This document shows positions 36,650-48,350 of a stretch of DNA of 64,000 nt, one piece after another (position 1 is the stretch's first letter; every line of letters begins with the position of its first letter). Location of the stretch: the NCBI RefSeq assembly GCF_021028975.2, contig NC_059428.1, positions 992,001 to 1,056,000 on the forward strand, written 5' to 3'. The translations under genes and the position numbers were made by a program. Under the pieces are notes generated by a model that was given only the letters and a program-made list of their open reading frames with translations, made no database searches and had not been told where the DNA came from. The DNA is from Sphaerodactylus townsendi. Lineage: Eukaryota.

Positions 36650-38330
36650 GAGAAGTGGACAGCCTCGGGTTGCCCAACCTTCGAATTCCTCCCCCCCCCT
36701 TCCTCTTTTGAAGACTTCTCCCTCCGCAGCCTCTCCGCTGCTGAACGCAGCCAGCGCCCCTCTGTCCGCCTCTCTCTTTCCCTCCCTCCCTCCCCCCCAC
36801 CCCGCCCCAAAGGGGGCACTCCAGGTGCTCCAGAAACACGAGCCAGGCAGCAGTGACCAGGTGCCAGCAGCAGCAGCAGCGGCGGGCTCGGCGTGCGGGG
36901 CAGCGAGAGCATGGGCTTCTGCAGGCGAAAGCCTCGGACGGCCAGCCACTCGGCCACCCTCCCCCCCCTTCTCCAGGGTCAAGGATTTCTGGACCAGGAC
37001 AGACCTCTCTGGAGCGGCGGCCCGTCGGGGGCACTATTGGGGGCTAACCGGGACGGCTCTGCGGCGCCTCTCTCCACCGGGCCAGGGCAGGGATTTGAGA
37101 GTCCTTCTCCAGCCCCCCCCCCGGCAACCCCCCCCCCCCCGACCCGCGACTCTGAGCAGCGAAGCGGCGCCGGCTCCCTGCAAGGCCGCCCGTCGCAGTC
37201 GTGGCAGCAGCAGCCTCCGGGCACCGCCCGCGCACTCACCCCTGCCTGGCCCAAGACACCGGCCGCCGCCCCCTCTGTCTGCGGCAGCCCCGGTCTGGCG
37301 CTCCGTTTTTATACCGCCAGGAAGAGGAAACGCTCTCCCGGGACCTGCACGGCCGCGTTGTGGGTCAGCTGTGCCCCCGCCCCCGAGAGGCCAGAGGCGG
37401 CCCGCTGGGTGGGAGCCCTGGCCGCCGGGCCCTCGGCTTGGGCGCCGCAGAGTTGCCAGCAGCAGCAGCAGCAGCAGCAGCAGGAGGCCTCCCGGCCGTC
37501 CCGGTCCCAAACAGACGGCGAGGCCTCGACAGGACCGTCGGGGTCGCTCGCGTGGGCCGCGCCGGCAGGTTTGCTGGCGAGAAGCCCCGGGCCCCGTGTT
37601 GTGCTCTGAAGCACAGGCGGCGCTCCCGCCTCCCCTTCTGCTGGCCTGGGACCGCCGGGCAGGCGGGCGAGCCCCGTCCCTCTTTGGCCGCCAGTGGCTG
37701 ACCCAGGCCCGGGGAGCGCTTCCCTCCCGCGGCCTCCTCTCCCTCCTCGTCCGAGTTGCCAGCACGAACCTACCGCCCCACAAGCTGCTGCTGCTGCTGC
37801 GGGAGGGAAGTCAGCCGCGGACTCCGTAGCCCGACCCCCACCCCACCCCACCCCACCCCCGCCAAGCCTGCGGGAGGACCTCTCCCTCCGTCCCTCCCTC
37901 CCTCCCTCCCTCCCGTAGTTTCCCACCTTCGCAGGAGAGGCGGAGACCCCGTGAGACGCCCAGCCGGGCTTAGCCTCGCCCCCCCCCCCCCGTCCCCAGA
38001 ACAGCCGTCGGAGGAAGGACTCGCTGTCCACACCGGCCGGGGCGCCCTCGCTCGGCTCCCCCCACGTTTACAGCCCATGAAGCGACTCGGGACTACTTGC
38101 CGCAAGCAGGCTCGCTCGGGTCCCTCCCCGCCCTCCAGCTCCTGCGGCCTTTGGGCTCTCGAGGAGGGGGCTTTGCAGCCCCTGACTTTCGCCCTGGCAG
38201 GGTTGGCCAACAACAACAGTCCTGCAGCCGGGGCAAGAGCACTGTCCGCTGCGAAGAAAGGGGCTCCAGCCGGTTCCTCCTTGCCCTCCCCCCGGAGTTC
38301 CACGTGTACTTTAAAAGTTCCATCCTCCCC
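36650..38330. promoter_or_regulatory. Orphan CpG island with minus-strand TATA box
   Basis: CpG-rich; TATAAAAA at 37313-37306; GTGAGT donor at 37239; several (CAG/CTG)n runs. Confidence 0.55.
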
Positions 38331-38542
38331 TTGACAAGTTTCATCTATATCATCCCCCTCCCTCATACTCTCTCTCTCCCAGGAGCCCCCACCCTGCCAG
38401 GGGACCCACTAGGTTCCCTCTGGTCCCAGCTCTGTTGGCAAGTGAGGGACTGAACCGCCAAACACACTTTGGGGAAAAAAAAAACCCAAAAGAGAGGAGG
38501 CTGCCCCCCTCCCCAGCCAGGTCACCATGAAGCGGCATAGGG

Positions 38543-39076
38543 CAGAGGCGTAGCTAGGGCAAATGGAGACCGGTGCAAAATCGGACTTTTGCTGCCCCCC
38601 CCCCAATTCCAATTCGTTTGTTTTTTGTTTTTTTGTTTTTCAGTTTTCGGCCCGCAGGGGGCGTATTTTTTAGGCTAGCAGCATCAAAAATTCAGGGTAT
38701 CTTTAGGAGGCTCTCCTGATGATACCTCCCAGGTTTGGTGAAGTTTGGTTAAGGGGGTCCAAAGTTATGGACTCTCAAAAGGGTAGCCCCATCTACTATT
38801 AGCTCCCATTGGAAACAATGGGAGATGTGGGCACACCGTTTGGGGGTCCATAACTTTGGACCCCCAAAACCAAACTTCACCAAACCTGGCTGGTATCAGC
38901 AGGAGTGTCACCAAACAATATCCTGAAATTCTGGTGCCGCTATCCTAAAAACTGCGCCCCCTGCTCGCTGACAAAGTAAAAACACTAAAAATATCAAAAA
39001 TACATTTTTGCTACGCCCCCAGGAGCGTGCCTGGTTCTAAGCGCACCCCCCCTTCCCTGTGGTAGCTACACCACTG
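38543..39076. mobile_element. Non-autonomous hAT element with a ~310-bp internal foldback
   Basis: TIRs CAGAGGCGTAGCTA / TAGCTACACCACTG; TSD GCATAGGG/GCACAGGG; inverted repeat about 38655-38965. Confidence 0.8.
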
Positions 39077-39338
39077 GCACAGGGCTTCGCAGAGGAGTCC
39101 ACAGCATGGCTTCATGGAGGGGCAAGGGCCAGGCTGGCCGGCCCAACAGACGGCTTGGACCCCTCCCCCCCTTGCCATCAGGCACAGAAAGCAAAGGTCA
39201 TAGCAGTCAACAGACTTCCTGGGCCATCTGGGAGGTGGCAGCAGCAGCTTCATAAAGTTACCAAAACAGAGAGCAAGGTAAACAATCAAGTACCAACCAT
39301 GCAATGCCCTCTTAAGCCAAAAGAATTAAATGCTGTAA

Positions 39339-41330
39339 TCTATCTATATATATAAAAAGCAAACAGTGACTTTGTTAGTCACTCCCTAACGCCGGAACGG
39401 CTGGACAGATTGCCCCCAAATTTTTCACATGATGTTTCTCCCTGTTGCGGGCAGGTAATGGGACCTTCAAATCACCGAAAGTCCATACCTGAGCCAGGTA
39501 AAACGTCTTTTTCCTGGCGCACCAGGCCATGAAGCTGTTTGTGTTTAACTGTCACCCTTAGAATGTTCGTGCAGCCTGTCTGTCTGTGGCCTGAGAGCTT
39601 AGAACGTCCGTGCAGATGGGCAGAGATGAGCAGTGAAAACAGTAAATAGGTAATACTGGTAGGTAATACGAGTGGAAGTGAAACACATACACACTTTGCC
39701 GGGTGAGACATCAGGTGGAGTCCCCCCCTCACATGCAGGTAACTTTCACTCCCTGTGCCTCACCCACTGCTACCACACAATCACATCCAGCTCATCATCA
39801 CACACCTCACTCTACCCTCCCTCACGTCCAACCACCACTTACCCACTTCCTCACCCATATTCGCCACAGCTCTCTTTTACTACAAGTGAGCTGGAGTTTG
39901 CAATTTTCTTCTAAGAACATCCGCGGGGTGGGGGCGAACCAACACTACTGGCTCTGCTTCTTTTGCACGTGGCCCTTTACGAACCCAGGGAGCTGGCCTC
40001 GATCTGAGCGCCTCACCCCCCTGCCTCTGCTGCCTGACTGGGATAGCCTGCTTGCCCCAGTTCTGCCTCACCCAAGCCAGGACTGTGCGTGTCAACCAGC
40101 CTCATGGACAGCGGGATTCACACTCTGGACAGTTCCGTTGTGGAATGGAAAGGGTTATCTTATACTAAAAAAAAAAAAGACACCACCATATAACAATGTG
40201 AACTGAAAAGGGAAAGAGGGATTCCATTTGACTACCCCAAAAGGCTATGCTGGGGATCATTGGACCTGCATGGACATCTGCGTGGGTTGCAGACTGTGAT
40301 TAGAAGGACAATTGCCACAGCAACGCGTGGCTGGGCCCTGCTAGTATATATATAAAAAGCTAACAGTGACTTTGTTAGTCATGCCCTAATGCCGGAATGG
40401 CTGGACGGATCACCCCCAAATTTTCACATGACGTTCCTCTCTCTTGCGGGCAGGTAATCGGACCTTCAAATTGCCGAATGTCCATACCTGAGCCAGGTAA
40501 AACGTCTTTTTCCTGGCACACCAGGCGATGAAGCTGGCTGTGTTTAACTGTCAACCTCAGAATGTTCATGCAGCCTGTCTGTCTGTGGCCTGAGGGGTCG
40601 GTATGCCCTTAGCATGTTTGTGCAGATGGCCAGAGATGAGCAGTTAAAGCAGTAATATGAGTGGAAATGAAACACATACACACTTTGCCGGGTGAGATAT
40701 CAGGTGGGGTTTCCCCCCTCACACGAAGGTAACTTTCACTCTCTGTGCCTCACCCACTGCTACCACACAACACACATACTCTCATACACATCCAGCTCAT
40801 CCTCACACACCTCACTCTGCCCTCCCTCACATCCAACCACCACTTACCCACTTCCTCACCCATATTCGCCACAGCTCTCTTTTACTACAAGTGAGCTGGA
40901 GTTTGCCTTTTTCTTCTAAGAAAATCCGCAGGGTGGAGGCGAACCAACACTACTGGCTCCGCTTCTTTTGCACATGGCCCTTTAAGCTGGCCTCGATCTG
41001 AGCGCCTCACCACCCTGCCTCTTCTGCCTGACTGGGATAGCCTGCTTGCCCCAGTTCTGCCTTCCCCAAGCCACGACTGTGCGTGTCAACCAGCCTCATG
41101 GACAGCGGAATTCGAACTCTGAATAGTTCCATTGTGGAATGGAAAGGGTTACCTTATACTAAAAAAACAAGACACCACCATATAACAATGTGAATTGAAA
41201 AGGGAAAGAGGGATTTCATGTGACCACCGCAAAAGGCTATGCTGCGGATCATTGGACCTGCATGGACATCTGTGTGGGTTGCGGACTGTGATAAGAAGGA
41301 CAATTGCCACAGCAATGTGTGGCAGACCCT
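39339..41330 (+). mobile_element. Two head-to-tail non-autonomous Helitrons
   Basis: 5' TC start (A|TCTATCTATATATATAAAAAG); 3' hairpin GCCACAGCAACGCGTGGC then CTAG (40341-40344); a second ~1-kb diverged copy follows directly. Confidence 0.8.
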
Positions 41331-41379
41331 TAAATATATTCTAAAGTGCCTGTATGACACTTTAGATGTATTTTACACT

Positions 41380-41682
41380 GTGAGCGGCGGTGAATTGTAG
41401 TGGACAAAAGCAGGTGCATTCTAATCCCGGAGACGCTGGGTTCCGTTTACAAACCATGAAGCTTGAGATGTGGAGGCTTATCTGGGGAATTCAGAATAGC
41501 CTGTGCATTCCCACACACACCAGCTGGGTGACCTTGGGCTAGTCACAGCTTTTCGGAGCTCTCTCAGCCCCACCCACCTCACAGGGTGTTTGTTGTGAGG
41601 GGGAAGGGCAGGGAGATTGTAAGCCCCTTTGAGATACAGGAGAGAAAGGAGGGATATAAATCCAAACTCCTCCTCCTCCTCC
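41380..41682 (+). mobile_element. CORE-type SINE copy
   Basis: CTGGGTGACCTTGGGCTAGTCACAG core; GATATAAATCCAAACTC tail. Confidence 0.75.
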
Positions 41683-42449
41683 TATTGCTTTATATATGGC
41701 ACCAAGGTCTTAACTGGTTTTAACCCCATGTGCCGCAATAATCTCATTGTTATTCATGCCGTGATTTACATAATGTTAATCGGTGCTGATTAAACCAAAC
41801 AAACCCAAATATAAACAATTCCCTTGCCGGGATTCAGTGAACGTAAATAATCCCATGCAGCGGGAGTAAGTACAGTTCATGTGCTCAGGAACACACACAA
41901 TTGATTAGTGACAGACCAGTCCTGGATTTCTCTGTCTGCATGTGTAAATCTTCAATACGGAAGCTCTGTTTGTGCACTCACAGCATCCATATCGGGCACT
42001 AGACCAATGAGACTTCGGTCTGCTGGTCCGTCAATGTTTAGAATGCTCCGTGCGTTAGAGGCGTTTTCATTTTCACTTCTTCAGTATTTGCTTAATCATG
42101 TAAGACTATCCAACATACATGGGATTCTAGTGTAATAAAATAAATATAAAATAATATCTTCAATTTTATAACCTTTATACTTATATTATAAATTTCTATC
42201 TCTACCCTTATAAATTGCACTCAAACTCCAATCTTTCTAATAATGAAAGCTGTGTTTCACATTACTTATCATTTCAATCATTATATTTCTCATATATTTC
42301 AGTTCATTCAATATCTATTATAACTTACATGACTCTCTGTGGAGCTGTATTTTCCCAAATTGGCTCATTGTCTGTTTATTGTCAGTCCTACTGGTTTTTT
42401 GTGACCTGTTAATCAGTCGCACCTGTGATGGTAATCTGCTGGTGCATGC

Positions 42450-43115
42450 TGTGATGGATTTGCCCACCCTGAAGGGTTGGTGTGTGTATTTTATGGCCTT
42501 GTGAGACAGGCCTTGGCAGAAGCCAGAGAGAGTCAGTAAACAGCACACTCCATATAAGGAGGCCCTACCTGATTGGCTGGCAGAAAACACAGTTCGCCTG
42601 GTGCCACAGGTAGGAGCCAAAAGGGCTGAGTATATATAAGCAGGGAAGAGCCTGTGACATGGTTCCTGAATTCAGAGAGACTCTGAGACGCACAGAGAGA
42701 TCTGACTTAGCAGTGTGCTGACAGGAGTCAGAGAGCTCTATTCAAACTGAGGAGCCTTGTTAGAGTGTGGAGGCCCTGAGTTTTGGTGGAAAGTGACCCG
42801 CCAGTCAGTGGCTAGACAGCTTGTCTGTCCAGACCTAGTGTCTGTCCAACCCCTGTTCCAAATCCTGTCTGGGAAGTCCAAAGGGGCAGTGTGGCCTATC
42901 AGGGGACTAAAGGAGGGAAGGGGGCTTGGGTATGCCAGGATCCTTCTAGACTTAGACGTGGGATTGTGGGGGAACAAGAAGGGTGTGTGGATCAGTCGTT
43001 GAGGCTAGAGTCTGTGTATAAAAGCTAGAAGCTGTGTGCTTAACAACTAAGAAGCTGAAACTTGCGTATGTAAAAGCAAAAGTAACTGAAACCTCTTTAA
43101 GAGAAAGAGTGAAGT
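42450..43115 (+). mobile_element. Possible LTR truncated by CR1
   Basis: TG start, GATTGG and TATATAA promoter motifs; no 3' end visible. Confidence 0.35.
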
Positions 43116-44750
43116 GAACATAAGAACATTAGAATAAGCCAGCTGGATCAGACCAAAGTCCATCTAGTCCAGCTCTCTGCTACTCGCAGTGGCCCACCAG
43201 GTGCCTTTGGGAGCTCACATGTAGGATGTGAACGCAATGGCCTTCTGCGGCTGTTGCTCCCGATCACCGGGTCTGTTAAGGCATTTGCAATCTCAGATCA
43301 AAGAGGATCAAGATTGGTAGCCATAAATCGACTTCTCCTCCATAAATCTGTCCAAGCCCCTTTTAAAGCTATCCAGGTTAGTGGCCATCACCACCTCCTG
43401 TGGCAGCATATTCCAAACACCAATCACACGTTGCGTGAAGAAGTGTTTCCTTTTATTAGTCCTAATTCTTCCCCCCAGCATTTTCAATGAATGCCCCCTG
43501 GTTCTAGTATTGTGAGAAAGAGAGAAAAATTTCTCTCTGTCAACATTTTCTACCCCATGCATAATTTTGTAGACTTCAATCATATCCCCCCTCAGCCGCC
43601 TCCTCTCCAAACTAAAGAGTCCCAAACGCTGCAGCCTCTCCTCATAGGGAAGGTGCTCCAGTCCCTCAATCATCCTCGTTGCCCTTCTCTGCACTTTTTC
43701 TATCTCCTCAATATCCTTTTTGAGATGCGGCGACCAGAACTGGATACAGTACTCCAAGTGCGGTCGCACCACTGCTTTTTATAAGGGCATGACAATCTTT
43801 GCAGTTTTATTATCAATTCCTTTTCTAATGATCCCCAGCATAGAGTTTGCCTTTTTCACAGCTGCCATGCATTGAGTTGACATTCCCATGGGACTATCAA
43901 CTGAGACGCCCAAATCCCTTTCCTGGTCTGTGACTGTTAGCACTGACCCCTGTAGCGTGTATGTGAAGTTTGGATTTTTTGCCCCTATGTGCATCACTTT
44001 ACATTTTGCTACATTGAACTGCATTTGCCATTTCTGAGCCCACTCACCTAATTTATCAAGGTCCACTTGGAGCTCTTCGCAATCCTTTGTGGTTCTCACC
44101 ACCCTACATAATTTGGTATCATCTGCAAACTTGGCCACCACGCTACCCACCCCTACTTCCAGGTCCTTTATGAATAGGTTAAAGAGCACTGGTCCCAAAA
44201 CGGATCCTTGGGGGACACCACTCCCTACATCTCTCCATTGTGAGAACTTCCCATTTACACCCACTCTGTTTCCTGTTTCTCAACCAGTTTTTAATCCATA
44301 GGAGGACTTCTCCTCTTATTCCTTCATTGCTGAGTTTTCTCAACAGTCTCTGGTGAGGAACTTTGTCAAAAGCCTTTTGGAAATCCAAGTAGACAATGTC
44401 CACCGGTTCACCCCTGTCCACATGCCTGTTTACACCCTCAAAGAACTCTAGTAAGTTTGTAAGACAGGATTTGCCTCTGCAAAAGCCATGCTGACTCTTT
44501 CTCAGCAGGTCTTGCTTTTCTACATGTTTTATAATTTTATCTTTAATGATAGATTCTACTAATTTACCAGGAACAGATGTCAAACTGACTGGCCTGTAAT
44601 TTCCCGGGTCCCCCCTAGATCCTTTCTTAAAGATTGGTGTGACATTGGCCATCTTCCAGTCTTCAGGGATGGAGCCTGATTTCAGGGATAAGTTGCATAT
44701 TAAAGTGAGAAGATCAGCAATTTCATGCTTGAGCTCTTTAAGAACTCTTG
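43116..44750 (-). mobile_element. CR1 LINE, 5'-truncated RT region
   Basis: ANVTPIFKKG, NYRPVSLTS, YLDFQKAFD, SGVPQGS and KFADD motifs; few disruptions; CR1 tail repeats. Confidence 0.95.
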
Positions 44751-47591
44751 GGCTCTAAGCTCCCCAAGGGCAGGATCTATCCCATGAGCCCTGTTGAGGA
44801 TGCTGCTTTGCGGTCCTTTTTAGATAAGAATATTGCCCGCGGATTTATTCAGAAAGCTAGTAGTGCTTATGCTGCCCCAGTGCTATTTGTGAAAAAGAAA
44901 GATGGCTCTCTTCGGCTCTGCACCGATTATAGAGGTCTTAATGCCGTTTCCGCATCAAACAAATATCCGCTCCCCCTTATCAAGGACTTGTTGGCCAACC
45001 TGGGCTCCGGTCGGATCTTTACTAAACTGGACTTGAGAGAAGCATATTACCGCGTTCGAATGGCACCTGGCTACGAGCACCTGACAGCTTTTAACACTCG
45101 CTATGGGCAGTTTGAATACTGTGTTATGCCATTCGGCCTGAAGGGGGCGCCAGCAGTCTTTCAAAGTCTTATTAACGGCGTTCTGAATGACTTCTTGTTC
45201 AAAGGGGTGGTTGTGTATTTAGATGATGTGTTAATATATTCTCAGGATGAGCAGTCTCACATTGCTTTGGTTAGAGAGGTGTTATCCCGTCTGCTTGCCA
45301 ACTCCTTGTTTGTGAAACTTTCCAAGTGTGAATTTCATAAATCTCAGCTGGATTTTTTGGGTTACTGCATCTCAGCTGCTGGATTACAAGTGGACCCGGC
45401 CAAAGTAGCTGACGTGCTGGCTTGGAAGGCCCCCAGCTCTCGTAAACAGCTCCAGTCCTTTTTGGGTTTTGCTAATTTTTACCGTGACTTCATCCCCAAT
45501 TTTTCCTCTCTGGCCCTGCCTCTCACTGACCTTTTGCGCACCAAGGAGCGGGGGTCCGCGGCTGCCCGCCCTGGTGCCAGTTTGCCCTGGAACTCTGCTT
45601 GCCAGGCTGCTTTTGATGCGCTTAAAGCTGCTTTCACCTCTGAGCCTGTTCTGGCCCATCCTGACCCCTCCCGTCCCTTTGTGTTGCACGTTGATGCCTC
45701 TGATAAGGCTCTCGGTGCCGCCCTGCTCCAGCGGGACTCTGATGGTCGCCTTCACCCTTGTGCCTACCTTTCCCGCAAGTTTTCGGGCGCTGAACTGAAC
45801 TGGACTGTTGGTGATAAAGAGACCTGTGCTATTAAGGTTGCTCTGTCTGTTTGGAGGCATTTTTTGGAGGGAGCTGAACAGCCCTTTGAGGTCTGGACTG
45901 ACCATAAGAACCTAGCTGCTTTGTGTACCCCGGGCCGTCTGTCGGCTAAGCAGCTGCGTTGGGCGGATTTCTTTGCTCGGTTTCGGTTTACTGTTCATTT
46001 TTTCCCCGGCAAGACCAACCGTCTGGCTGATGCTCTCTCCAGGTTGCCGGAGGAGGGGGAGCCTCGGCTGCAGACTGTTCCTCCCCGTACGGTTCTCTCC
46101 CCCCGGCATCTGGGCTTAGTGGTCACCCGCTCTCACAAGCAGGCTCCTAGCCCTCCTGGGCTCACCCCACTGGATCATCTCCTCTCTGGCTTTTTGGAGG
46201 CTGGCAAGTCCCCAGTCTCGAAGGAAGAGGGGGGTGACGGGCTGACACTACTGAATGGTCTTTGGTATCAGGGATCCCTGCTGTTTGTCCCACCCTCATT
46301 GCGTGCCCAAATCCTCCACCAGGGCCATGATGTTAAGTCTGCTGGCCATTTCGGCTTTGTAAAAACCCTGCACTTGTTGAGAAGGCAGTTTTGGTGGAGG
46401 ACCATGCGTACAGACATTGAGAACTACATCAAGGGTTGCCCTGTGTGTGCCATGGCCAAGACCATCCCTGCAAAGGCCCAGGGCCTGTTACAGGACATTG
46501 CTTTACCTAGTGCTCCCTGGCAAGTGATTTCTATGGATTTCATTACAGATCTGCCCCTGAGTCATGGCAAAATGGTGATATGGACTGTTGTGGATTTATT
46601 CTCTAAACAAGCCCATTTTATCCCTTGTACTTCTATTCCCAGTGCTCAGAAACTGGCTGAACTGTTCATGTTGCATATCTACCGTTTGCACAGCCTCCCA
46701 AAGAAGTTAATTTCCGACCGCGCCCCCATGTTTGTGTCCCGCTTTTGGAGGTCCTTGGTCAAGTTTTTGGGGGTGGAGCAGGGGGTCTCCTCTGCATTTC
46801 ATCCTCAGACCGACGGCGAGACCGAGAGGTCCCAACAGACACTGGAACAATACCTCAGGTGTTATGCCAATTATCAGCAGGATAATTGGGTTGACCTGTT
46901 GCCCTATGCGGAGTACGCCTATAATAACTCAGTCCATAGTAGTACAGGCAAGACTCCATTTGAGGTGGTCCATGGCCAGTCAGCACCTCCCCTGCCTCAT
47001 TTACAGTTGTCAGATGAGGCGCCAGCGCCGGAACTCCATGATTGGGTGCAGTCTGTGGCGAAACAATGGCCTGAAATCCTTCGTGCTCTTACTAAGGCCC
47101 GGGAGGCCTACAAGCGTCAAGCCAACAAGCACAGGCGTGATTTCCCATTGGTGGTGGGAGACATGGTTTATTTGTCCACTAAAAATCTGCATAGTTTGCA
47201 TCGCCCCTCCAAGCTGAGTGCTAAATATGTGGGCCCTTTTAGGATTATCAGGGTCATCAACAAGGTTACTGCTGAACTGGACTTGCCTAAAGCATTGAGT
47301 AAAATTCATCCTGTTTTCCATTGCAGCTTACTGAAGAAAACAAGTTCCCCGGATGTCTGGCATCCAGAGATGAAAGTGCCTCTACCGATTCTGATTGACG
47401 GCTCTAAGCATTATGAACTGTCTGACATTCTTGACTCTCGCATCTTTTGTAACCGCTTGCAATACCTGGTCTCCTGGAAAGGTTGTTTACCTGGGCAGAA
47501 CCAATGGATATTTTCTGAGCATGTAAAAGCCCCTCGCCTTGTCAAACTGTTCCATCAACGCTGCCCAAGCAAGCCAGGAGGGAGGCCTTAA
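44748..47591 (+). CDS. Ty3/Gypsy chromovirus pol (RT-RNase H-integrase-chromodomain), 5'-truncated
   Basis: Uninterrupted 947 codons: YLDD, DAS RNase H, HHCC, DDE integrase, GPF motif, YLVSWKG chromodomain; first ATG at 44784. Confidence 0.92.
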   Translation: MGSKLPKGRIYPMSPVEDAALRSFLDKNIARGFIQKASSAYAAPVLFVKKKDGSLRLCTDYRGLNAVSASNKYPLPLIKDLLANLGSGRIFTKLDLREAYYRVRMAPGYEHLTAFNTRYGQFEYCVMPFGLKGAPAVFQSLINGVLNDFLFKGVVVYLDDVLIYSQDEQSHIALVREVLSRLLANSLFVKLSKCEFHKSQLDFLGYCISAAGLQVDPAKVADVLAWKAPSSRKQLQSFLGFANFYRDFIPNFSSLALPLTDLLRTKERGSAAARPGASLPWNSACQAAFDALKAAFTSEPVLAHPDPSRPFVLHVDASDKALGAALLQRDSDGRLHPCAYLSRKFSGAELNWTVGDKETCAIKVALSVWRHFLEGAEQPFEVWTDHKNLAALCTPGRLSAKQLRWADFFARFRFTVHFFPGKTNRLADALSRLPEEGEPRLQTVPPRTVLSPRHLGLVVTRSHKQAPSPPGLTPLDHLLSGFLEAGKSPVSKEEGGDGLTLLNGLWYQGSLLFVPPSLRAQILHQGHDVKSAGHFGFVKTLHLLRRQFWWRTMRTDIENYIKGCPVCAMAKTIPAKAQGLLQDIALPSAPWQVISMDFITDLPLSHGKMVIWTVVDLFSKQAHFIPCTSIPSAQKLAELFMLHIYRLHSLPKKLISDRAPMFVSRFWRSLVKFLGVEQGVSSAFHPQTDGETERSQQTLEQYLRCYANYQQDNWVDLLPYAEYAYNNSVHSSTGKTPFEVVHGQSAPPLPHLQLSDEAPAPELHDWVQSVAKQWPEILRALTKAREAYKRQANKHRRDFPLVVGDMVYLSTKNLHSLHRPSKLSAKYVGPFRIIRVINKVTAELDLPKALSKIHPVFHCSLLKKTSSPDVWHPEMKVPLPILIDGSKHYELSDILDSRIFCNRLQYLVSWKGCLPGQNQWIFSEHVKAPRLVKLFHQRCPSKPGGRP

Positions 47592-47951
47592 AGGAGGCCC
47601 TAGAGGAGGCTGTATGTCAGGAGGCCTATATCTAGGGGTGCTTGTGCTGCTTTACTGTTCACTGGAGGGTGGGTGGTAAGGGTTAACACTGTTTCTAACT
47701 GTCTTTTCTAGCTGCTGTGGAATGTCTGCAAGTCGCAGGTGTCTTCAAGGTCACGGACTGGTTCTCTCACCGTTATCTGCATGCATTCTATGTGGGGCGC
47801 TCTTTCCCAGGAGGGGGGGTAGTTGCCTGTTTGCCTATAATTGCTGTGTGAATCCTGAGTCCGTCATTCTTGGCTTTGCCACTGCAGACCCATCATTTCA
47901 ATAAACTGCTGTTCTACAACACGAGTTTGTCGTTTACTGGGGGTTCTGACA
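44751..47951 (+). mobile_element. Gypsy element A (pol + 3' LTR 47615-47951)
   Basis: Purine tract, then TGTCAG...CTGACA LTR with TATA and AATAAA. Confidence 0.9.
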
Positions 47952-48350
47952 CTCCTCCTGTGCTGATTGATGGGGAGGAGCATCGTGAAATCTCTGCTAT
48001 CCATGACTCTCGCGTCTATCGTAACCGCTTGCAATACTTGGTATCCTGGAAAGGGTGGTTACCTGGACATGATCAATGGGTCAATGTTGAAGACATCAAA
48101 GCTCCCAGGCTCATTTGAAAATTCCACTGTGGCTGTCCAAGCAAACCGGGGGGAGGGCCCTAGAGGGAGCGGAAAATGTCAGGATGCTTTGAGGGTGCTG
48201 GGGGTGCTTGGCTACTTGGGCTTATGGGGTGTGTGGAAATTGTATCTTGTGTGTCATTTCTTGCAGCTCCTACCAGCAGGTGTTGGCCAAGGTCAGCTCC
48301 AACAGACTTTTCCTTTCATCAAATTGACTGCATATTTCATAGTCTGTTCT
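47952..48350 (+). mobile_element. Gypsy element B remnant (chromodomain + LTR start at 48177; 3' end approximate)
   Basis: PPVLIDGEEHREISAIHDSR...LQYLVSWKGW with a premature stop; PPT and TGTCAG. Confidence 0.8.

Noticed and set aside
36730-36770. Minus-strand peptide EGRWLRS resembling INAFM1 GRWLRL
   Set aside because: The hydrophobic InaF motif does not follow, and the strand is opposite to that expected
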